Assembly: GCA_965248435.1 (NCBI GenBank)
Contig: OZ252100.1
Coordinates: 1,088,001 to 1,152,000, forward strand
Origin: Candidatus Latescibacterota bacterium
Lineage (GTDB): Bacteria > Latescibacterota > UBA2968 > GCA-2709665
DNA length: 64,000 nt
Reading direction: 5' to 3'
The position numbers and the translations under genes are program-made. The notes under the pieces were generated by a model. The model did not search any database. It saw only the letters and a list, made by a program, of their open reading frames with translations, and was not told the origin of the DNA. This document shows, piece by piece, positions 57,218-64,000 of this stretch. Position 1 is the stretch's first letter, and each line of letters opens with the position of its first letter.

Positions 57218-59560
57218 TTAGAAAAATTGTGGTCCAAACTGGAAGTGCGTAACCATATGAGGGGCCAATCCATCCACTTGACGCCTATCGATTCCCCAGG
57301 CAAAATCGAATCCCATAATTCCGAGGAGCGGTGCCTGGATGCGAAGACCGAACCCCACCGACCGGCGGAGATCGAAAACGCTCACTTCAGACAACGTGTC
57401 CCAGGCATTCCCTGCATCAGCGAAGGCCAGGCCATAGAGCTGATTTTCCATGATAGGAATCGTGATCTCCGCGTTGAAGATCAACTGAGAATGGCCGCCG
57501 ACGGGAACCAAACGCTGGGTGCTGCCGGATGTGACAGGCTCTCGTGGGCCGACCGACTGCTCGTCGTATCCGCGTAGCGTTGTCCTTTCGAAAAGGTCGA
57601 CGCCTCCGGGCCTGTACAACTCGTTGAAGGGAGCGGTCAACTTGCCAAATCCGGCGACGAGCCCCAGCTGTGTTTTGAGGCCCAACGCAAATTTCCAGAG
57701 AAGGGGAACGTAGAAACTCGTGGCAAAGTCGTGCTTATGAAAGTTCGTATTCCCACCGAGAACACCACCTGCGACAGAGGGTGTATAAGAGAAAGTCGAT
57801 CCGCTCGTTGAAAATACCGGAAAGTCACGACTGTCTCGCGTATAGTTGAGATTCACGAGGCTCGTAACATTGTCTATGAGTCTCGATTGAAATGTGGCAT
57901 CCAGGTCTTCGCGGATATTGATGTAATCTGTCCGTTCAATCCGGTATCCGATACCCACCCTCGAATAATCGGGCCAGGCCAGCCTTCGACCCACCCGAAC
58001 GATGCCCCCCAGGCGCCTCAGGTCGTAATCGGTGAAAAAGCGCTGCGTGTCCTGAAAAATCTGCCCCGATAGACTTGTTGGCGTATTGAGAAACCAGGGC
58101 TCGGTAAACCCGGCCCTGAGGGTCGAGCGTCGAGGCCCCACCTCTGCCTGGAAATCCAGAATCTGTCCGTTCCCCAGGAAGTTCGGGATCTGCAATCCGA
58201 TCGTGCCTACAATTCCGTCTCTACCGCTGTAGCCCATGCCGATAGAAGCCGTTCCCGTCGCCTTTTCTTCAACCTTGAAGGTCAAGTCGATTTCCGAGTC
58301 CTTCTCGATCGGCTTCATGGGCACATCGACATTGTTAAAGAAATTCAGCTGCTGGAGGTTCCGAACAGATCGCTCGACCAGATTCCTGCTGAACTTATCC
58401 CCAGGGTTGATCCACAACTCCCGCCGAATCACCCGGTCCTTCGTCTTCGAATTGCCCGTAACTGTAATCTCCCTGACTTTCCAGGGCTTATTCTCCTCTA
58501 TCTTATAGTGGAGGCCCACACGATGGCCCTCTGCGGGAGTTTCTCTGCGGGTCACGATCGCTCCGATATAACCGATGTCCGCATAAAAACTTCGCATTTG
58601 CTCCAGGGTCTTTTCTACGCGTTCAGAATTGTAGACATCGTCTTCCTTTGCGACAACATGGGCCACAATCACGCCATCTGAAACCTTCTCATTGCCGTCC
58701 CAGGTCACCTCGCCGAAGGTATAGAGGGGACCTTCCCTAACATCTATATCAATGTAAAGATCTTTCCTGTCTTCGTCATAATAGAGACTGTCACTAACGA
58801 TTTCTGCGTCACGATACCCGTTCTGGCGATAATAAGCCAGAACTTTCTGCTTGTCCTCGGGGTATTTCTCCTGACTGAATTTCCCGTGTCCGAACCACCA
58901 CCCATCCTGTTTCGTCTCTTCCATCTGCTTTCGAAGCTTACGATCGGAAAACTTCGTATTTCCCTCAAAAGAGATCCGTTTCAAATTCACCTTGCGTCCT
59001 TCTAGCACGTCAAAGATCAACGGAATGCGCCCTTCTGAATCCGGATCTCCTCTAGCCGATCTGACTTCTGCCAGGAGATACCCCTCCTCGCGATACTTGC
59101 CCACAAGTTTCGCCTGTGCCTGCTTCTGCTCCTGAGGTGAAATAAACTGCCCTCGGATAAACCCCAATTCTTTCTTCAGTTTCTTGGATTTGATCTTTCT
59201 GTTTCCCTCAAACCGCACCTCCCCCAGTTTCGGATTCTCCTCAACGACGATCTCTACAGCCACACCCTCCTCGACGCTCGGATCGACATATAACTGAATA
59301 TCGGAGAAGTAATCCAGTTTGTAGAGGTTCTGGATTGCCCGAGCTGCATCATTCGGCAACACCAAGAGCTGTCCTACGCTCAGGCCGCAAGAAAATCGAA
59401 TAAGGGTTTCTTCGATGATCTTATTGCCACGAACGCGGATTTCAGAAATCACGTGTGATTGCTGCTGCGCTTCCGCTCGAGTTGCAGGCAAGAGCATCAG
59501 GATGAGCAGCGCAACAATTGACCGCTTAAAATTGCTCAATGTGCACGCTTCCAATGTCAT
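57218..59560 (-). CDS. bamA: Outer membrane protein assembly factor BamA
   Basis: Five POTRA domains ('GNSKTKDRVIRREL'), 'LRGY', 'FADAGNAW', C-terminal 'HFQFGPQFF'. Confidence 0.95.
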   Translation of the reverse strand: MTLEACTLSNFKRSIVALLILMLLPATRAEAQQQSHVISEIRVRGNKIIEETLIRFSCGLSVGQLLVLPNDAARAIQNLYKLDYFSDIQLYVDPSVEEGVAVEIVVEENPKLGEVRFEGNRKIKSKKLKKELGFIRGQFISPQEQKQAQAKLVGKYREEGYLLAEVRSARGDPDSEGRIPLIFDVLEGRKVNLKRISFEGNTKFSDRKLRKQMEETKQDGWWFGHGKFSQEKYPEDKQKVLAYYRQNGYRDAEIVSDSLYYDEDRKDLYIDIDVREGPLYTFGEVTWDGNEKVSDGVIVAHVVAKEDDVYNSERVEKTLEQMRSFYADIGYIGAIVTRRETPAEGHRVGLHYKIEENKPWKVREITVTGNSKTKDRVIRRELWINPGDKFSRNLVERSVRNLQQLNFFNNVDVPMKPIEKDSEIDLTFKVEEKATGTASIGMGYSGRDGIVGTIGLQIPNFLGNGQILDFQAEVGPRRSTLRAGFTEPWFLNTPTSLSGQIFQDTQRFFTDYDLRRLGGIVRVGRRLAWPDYSRVGIGYRIERTDYINIREDLDATFQSRLIDNVTSLVNLNYTRDSRDFPVFSTSGSTFSYTPSVAGGVLGGNTNFHKHDFATSFYVPLLWKFALGLKTQLGLVAGFGKLTAPFNELYRPGGVDLFERTTLRGYDEQSVGPREPVTSGSTQRLVPVGGHSQLIFNAEITIPIMENQLYGLAFADAGNAWDTLSEVSVFDLRRSVGFGLRIQAPLLGIMGFDFAWGIDRRQVDGLAPHMVTHFQFGPQFF

Positions 59561-59720
59561 GGGACACTGCAGTAATCTATAGGATCAATACTATATTGAG
59601 ACGCGTCACCCGGCGGAAGGTTCCGTACGACAAATCGGCCCGGGCAAAGAATACCCGGGCCGAATGCCAGGGCAACCGCCCTGACAGGGGCCCACAGAGA
59701 CCGAACGACTTATGGAGGAA

Positions 59721-62189
59721 TCAGGCCTTGTCCTGATCCAACAGTTCCTGATCCATCGAGCCGGTATCCGCTCCGGATTCGTCGTGAAAATTTAGCCCGT
59801 CTCCCTTCTTGGAAACCCGGACCTTGCTGCCTGTCCTGAACCTGCCCTGCAGGATTTCCTCGGCAAGTGGATCTTCGACCAGCTTTTGTATCGTCCGCTT
59901 CAGATGCCGGGCGCCAAAGGTCGGATCGTAACCCTTCTCCGCGATCAATGATTTCGCTCCAGGCGTCAGGCTCACGTGGATCCCTCGTTCTTCCACGCGA
60001 GATAGGATAGCCGCCAGCTCGATATCCACGATCTGTACGATCTCCTTCTTTTCAAGGGGATTGAATATCACCGTTTCATCGAGCCTATTCAGAAACTCCG
60101 GACTGAATGTCTTTTTGAGCTCATCCTGAATCTTTTCTTCCATCTGCTGACGTAGCGACTTCTTGTCTGACTTTTGAAACCCGAGGCCTCCAGCCTTGGA
60201 CAGGTCCTTCGTGCCCAGATTCGATGTCATGATCAGGATCGTGTTCTTGAAATTGACCTTGCGGCCAAAGCTGTCTGTCAACCGGCCTTCGTCAAACACC
60301 TGGAGCAAGATATTGAACACATCGGGGTGTGCCTTTTCAACTTCATCCAGCAGGACCACGGAATAGGGTCGTCTCCTCACCTTTTCGGTCAGCTGACCCC
60401 CCTCGTCATAACCGATGTATCCCGGGGGCGCTCCAACGAGCCTTGAAACCGCGAACTTCTCCATGTATTCCGACATGTCGACCGTTACGAGGGCATCGTC
60501 GTCATCGAAAAGATATTTGGCCAGCGCCTGTGCAAGGTAGGTCTTTCCAACACCGGTCGGCCCAAGGAAGAGGAAGTTACCGATCGGTCTGTTCGGATCC
60601 TTCAGGCCCGCCCGGGTCCGGCGAATCGAGCGGGTCACAGTCTTGACGGCCTCGTCCTGCCCAACGACCCACTTATTGATCTCATCCTCCATGCGCATCA
60701 ATTTTTCAGACTCGGCTTGTGTCAGCCTGAAGATCGGAATCCCCGTCATGGCGGAAATCACTTCGGCGATGTCATCTTCGGTCACCTCCACCACCTCGTC
60801 CCTCACCTTCTGTTCCCAGTCCTGCCTCATCTCCTCGAGGCGTTCTTTGATTTTGCGTTCCTCATCGCGTAGCTTTGCGGCCTCCTCGAACTGCTGGCTG
60901 TTGGCAGCATCATTCTTCTGTCTGGTGATCTTCTCCACTTCGAGCTCCAACGATTTGATCTCCTCAGGAGGATTTAACCGCCCGAGCCGTACGCGCGATC
61001 CACTTTCGTCGATCACATCGATCGCCTTGTCAGGCAAATGTCGATCGCTTATGTACCGATCAGCCATCTGAACCGCCCCGCTGATCGCATCGTCCGTGTA
61101 TTTGACCATATGGTGCGTCTCGTAACTCGACTTGAGACCCTTTAGGATCTCCACCGTATCCTCTACAGAAGGCGCTTCCACCAATATCGTCTGAAACCGT
61201 CGCTCTAAAGCCCCGTCTTTTTCAATGTACTTGCGATACTCATCCAAAGTGGTGGCACCGATGCACTGGAGCTCGCCCCGAGAAAGGGCCGGTTTGAACA
61301 TATTTGACGCATCAAGCGTCCCCTCTGCACTCCCGGCGCCCACAATCGTATGCAGCTCATCGATGAAAATAATCACTTCCTGACTCTGCTGCAGTTCATT
61401 CATAACGGCCTTGATGCGTTCCTCAAACTGCCCACGATATTTGGTTCCTGCAACGATTCCGCCCATGTCAAGTGTCACTACTCGTCGTTCCGTCAAGACG
61501 TGAGGCACACGCCGTTCCACAATTCGCTGAGCCAGTCCCTCTACAATCGCCGTCTTGCCGACGCCAGGCTCGCCGATCAAAACCGGGTTGTTTTTCTTCC
61601 GCCGACTCAGCACCTGAGAGACGCGCTCGATCTCCTTATCTCTGCCGATAATGGGATCCAGTTTCCCTTCTCGAGCCAGCTCGGTAAGATCCCGCCCAAA
61701 GTGATCCAGGAACGGGGTCTTGCTCTTCTTCTTTTCTCGTTTACCGGAGGACTTACCCTGCAAAACGGCGATCACCTCCTCTTTTGCGGTCTTATGATCA
61801 ACACCAAAGGCAGCCAGGATCTGAGCGGCAATCGTTTCCTTGTCCTTGAGGAGCGCAAGAAATAGATGACACGTCCTCACAAACTGGCTCTTCATCTCTT
61901 TGGCTTCGTTTGCCGCGATTTCCAGAATCTGCTTGGCTCGCGGAGTGAATGGCACTTCTCCCATTGTCATGGATCCGCCGGAAGAGGCAACATAGTCATC
62001 GATCGATTGCTTAATGCTATCCAGGTTCAGGCCCAGGTTTATCAAGACCGTTACCGCCGAGCCCTTCCCTTCGCGAATGATTCCAAGTAAGAGGTGCTCC
62101 GTCCCGATGTAGTTGTGTCCAAGACGCGCCGCCTCTTCTCTTGCCAGTTGCATCACTCGCTTTACACGATCCGAAAACATGTTATTCAT
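59721..62189 (-). CDS. clpC: ATP-dependent Clp protease ATPase ClpC
   Basis: Clp N repeats, 'GEPGVGKT', UVR coiled coil, 'GPTGVGKT', 'GGLGF' ClpP-binding loop. Confidence 0.96.
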   Translation of the reverse strand: MNNMFSDRVKRVMQLAREEAARLGHNYIGTEHLLLGIIREGKGSAVTVLINLGLNLDSIKQSIDDYVASSGGSMTMGEVPFTPRAKQILEIAANEAKEMKSQFVRTCHLFLALLKDKETIAAQILAAFGVDHKTAKEEVIAVLQGKSSGKREKKKSKTPFLDHFGRDLTELAREGKLDPIIGRDKEIERVSQVLSRRKKNNPVLIGEPGVGKTAIVEGLAQRIVERRVPHVLTERRVVTLDMGGIVAGTKYRGQFEERIKAVMNELQQSQEVIIFIDELHTIVGAGSAEGTLDASNMFKPALSRGELQCIGATTLDEYRKYIEKDGALERRFQTILVEAPSVEDTVEILKGLKSSYETHHMVKYTDDAISGAVQMADRYISDRHLPDKAIDVIDESGSRVRLGRLNPPEEIKSLELEVEKITRQKNDAANSQQFEEAAKLRDEERKIKERLEEMRQDWEQKVRDEVVEVTEDDIAEVISAMTGIPIFRLTQAESEKLMRMEDEINKWVVGQDEAVKTVTRSIRRTRAGLKDPNRPIGNFLFLGPTGVGKTYLAQALAKYLFDDDDALVTVDMSEYMEKFAVSRLVGAPPGYIGYDEGGQLTEKVRRRPYSVVLLDEVEKAHPDVFNILLQVFDEGRLTDSFGRKVNFKNTILIMTSNLGTKDLSKAGGLGFQKSDKKSLRQQMEEKIQDELKKTFSPEFLNRLDETVIFNPLEKKEIVQIVDIELAAILSRVEERGIHVSLTPGAKSLIAEKGYDPTFGARHLKRTIQKLVEDPLAEEILQGRFRTGSKVRVSKKGDGLNFHDESGADTGSMDQELLDQDKA

Positions 62190-62240
62190 TGCGACTCCCC
62201 TTCCCTGTCGGTTCTCAGGATATCGACCTCAAACCAACTG

Positions 62241-63302
62241 CTAGACCTTTCCAAGACCTGCCATTCGATTTCGAACCATCTCCGCACGGATCTGGTCTCG
62301 ATCCGCGGGATCGATCCTTCGACCCAATCGACACTGGAGGTGAGCGGGCCTCGTTTGCACCATCAACTCGTTGAGCACACCTACATCTTTAAGCGGCAAT
62401 ACACCGAGTCCGATCCCAAATCGAACCGCCGACGAAAAGTTCATGAACTCCTGAGACGTAAGCACCCTCGCGTGGGAGAGAATGCTGTAGGCTCGCCAAA
62501 TCTTGTCCTCTATTTGTGCACGAGCATCCCGGACCAATGCTTCTCGCGCGTTCTGCTCGCATTCAAGGAATTGCTTTGCCACCTTTTCGAGTGATTCTAT
62601 GGTTTTAAGCTCCGAGCACCCAAGGGTGAGTTGATTAGAGACCTGAAACAGGTTGCCAGACACCTCGGTCCCCTCGCCGTAAAGGCCTCGAACCGTAAAT
62701 CCCATCTGCGTCACGCCGCGGACGACGCTCTCCATCTGCTGCGCCAGAACGAGCCCGGGAAGATGGACGAGAATAGATGCCCTGAGTCCCGTGCCCGTAT
62801 TCGTGGGACACGCCGTGAGGTAGCCCCACCTGTCGGAAAAGGCGTAGTCGAGTCGCTCCGAGAGACTTCGCTCCAAACATTCTACGCCTTCCCACACCTC
62901 GCCGGACTGAAAACCTGACAGGACCATTTGCATGCGCAGGTGGTCCTCCTCGTTGGTCATCACACTCAGCGATTCATCGGACGCCATCAAGACCCCGCGG
63001 GGGCCTCGCCCCTCGGCCAGCGCAGGACTAATCAAATGCCGCTCTACGAGCAGCTCCCGCTGCAGCTCGGAAAGGCTCGATGCGTCGAAAAACGTCATCT
63101 CGCTCGTTGACGAACCATCCTTGCAGGAACCAACAACAGCATCCATGATCTGGCGTAGTTGTTCTTCTTTTGCCCGATGGGCAAACGGAAATCCGGTCAG
63201 ATTTCGCGCCACCCTCACCCGGGTGCTGACAACGCTGGTGGATTCCGGGCCTGACCCGTCCAACCACTTTGCCGTTCGGCAGGTCAGATCTTCAAAAGTC
63301 AT
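62241..63302 (-). CDS. mcsB: Protein arginine kinase McsB
   Basis: 'STRVRVARN', 'NEEDHLR', 'GYLTACPTNTGTGLRAS', 'FQVSNQ.TLG'. Confidence 0.95.
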   Translation of the reverse strand: MTFEDLTCRTAKWLDGSGPESTSVVSTRVRVARNLTGFPFAHRAKEEQLRQIMDAVVGSCKDGSSTSEMTFFDASSLSELQRELLVERHLISPALAEGRGPRGVLMASDESLSVMTNEEDHLRMQMVLSGFQSGEVWEGVECLERSLSERLDYAFSDRWGYLTACPTNTGTGLRASILVHLPGLVLAQQMESVVRGVTQMGFTVRGLYGEGTEVSGNLFQVSNQLTLGCSELKTIESLEKVAKQFLECEQNAREALVRDARAQIEDKIWRAYSILSHARVLTSQEFMNFSSAVRFGIGLGVLPLKDVGVLNELMVQTRPAHLQCRLGRRIDPADRDQIRAEMVRNRMAGLGKV

Positions 63303-63306
63303 CAGA

Positions 63307-63756
63307 CTACCCCTTCTCATTCAGAGTCAACAAACGGTCTCGAAGTCTTGCAGCTTCCTCGTAGTCCTCCACGTCCACGGCCTCCTTCAAACGATTCCTC
63401 AAACGTTCGGCGCTCTCATCATCAGCCTCTTCGGCCACGTCGTATTGCGCAGCGCCGTGGATACGTTTGAAAATGCCGTCCAGCCTGGGCTCAAAGGCCT
63501 CATAACACGCCGGGCAACCGAAGAGACCGCCCTTTTGGAACTGGGCGAAGGTCAAACCGCAGTCAGGACAGGACAGGTTCTGCGCTCGAGCCACCTCGGG
63601 CATTGGCTGGGCTGTCACAGATAGGGTAACACCGACTGAGGTTTCGGATTTCAGCTCAGCGCACCTCCTGCAGAGGTGATGGACGTGCTTTTCCTGGCCG
63701 ACAATCTGTGTAAAAAGGACGTTTGCTTCCTTCTGACCACATAGTTCACAAAGCAT
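63307..63756 (-). CDS. mcsA: McsA (CxxC motifs + UVR domain)
   Basis: Four CxxC motifs and C-terminal 'EDYEEAARLRD'. Confidence 0.92.
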   Translation of the reverse strand: MLCELCGQKEANVLFTQIVGQEKHVHHLCRRCAELKSETSVGVTLSVTAQPMPEVARAQNLSCPDCGLTFAQFQKGGLFGCPACYEAFEPRLDGIFKRIHGAAQYDVAEEADDESAERLRNRLKEAVDVEDYEEAARLRDRLLTLNEKG

Positions 63757-63770
63757 TAAAAGGTCCGGAG

Positions 63771-64000
63771 CTAGGCTTCATTCAGGGCGGAAGATCCAAT
63801 CCTCCCATCTTCCATCCGTATGATACGATCCGATCGCTCCGCAAGCGCGCCATCGTGTGTGACCAGAACGACCGTCTGCTCGAAGCGTCGTGCGAGGTCC
63901 CAGATCAAATCGTGGAGTTCTGCACTCCTCTCCACATCGAGATTGCCGGAAGGTTCATCTGCGAGAAGCAATTTAGGCCGCGATATCAGGGCCCTGGCCA
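63771..64000 (-). CDS. lolD: ABC transporter ATP-binding protein (LolD-like), partial
   Basis: 'LLADEPSGNLD', 'VLVTHD', 'MEDGRI'; truncated at the window end. Confidence 0.75.
   Translation of the reverse strand, partial: ARALISRPKLLLADEPSGNLDVERSAELHDLIWDLARRFEQTVVLVTHDGALAERSDRIIRMEDGRIGSSALNEA

Overview
64 kb of chromosome from a GC-rich diderm bacterium. The GWxTD-TPR protein, the C-terminal 'DFNGDG..F.DF..F' EF-hand/dockerin-like tail and mcsA-mcsB-clpC next to bamA suggest Latescibacterota or a relative (inference). Housekeeping content: tRNA-Thr, tRNA-Glu, tRNA-Val, rnpB, transaldolase, polyprenyl synthase, MrfA-like helicase, pyrF, rnhA, and lolD-mcsA-mcsB-clpC-bamA-skp-fabZ. Accessory content: an amino-acid catabolic cluster, a TolC/IPCT-DIPPS/MlaC/MMPL/radical-SAM lipid operon, and three tandem GT-C+TPR glycosyltransferases. 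Two observations stand out. (1) An Omp85 barrel, a lipoprotein with PI3K/HipA-like kinase motifs and an ATP/ADP-translocase-family gene form one operon (27.3-32.0 kb), a candidate system for extracytoplasmic phosphorylation. (2) An integrase-less tandem array of cargo cassettes sits at the tRNA-Glu 3' end (32.8-45.0 kb). Each junction has a conserved hairpin plus a copy of the tRNA 3' end, followed by an in-frame peptide reaching Ala-Ala (ssrA-like). Candidate small RNAs and peptides, LexA-like and NrdR-like boxes and heptamer/octamer repeats were also seen. All calls come from reading motifs by eye; no database searches were run.
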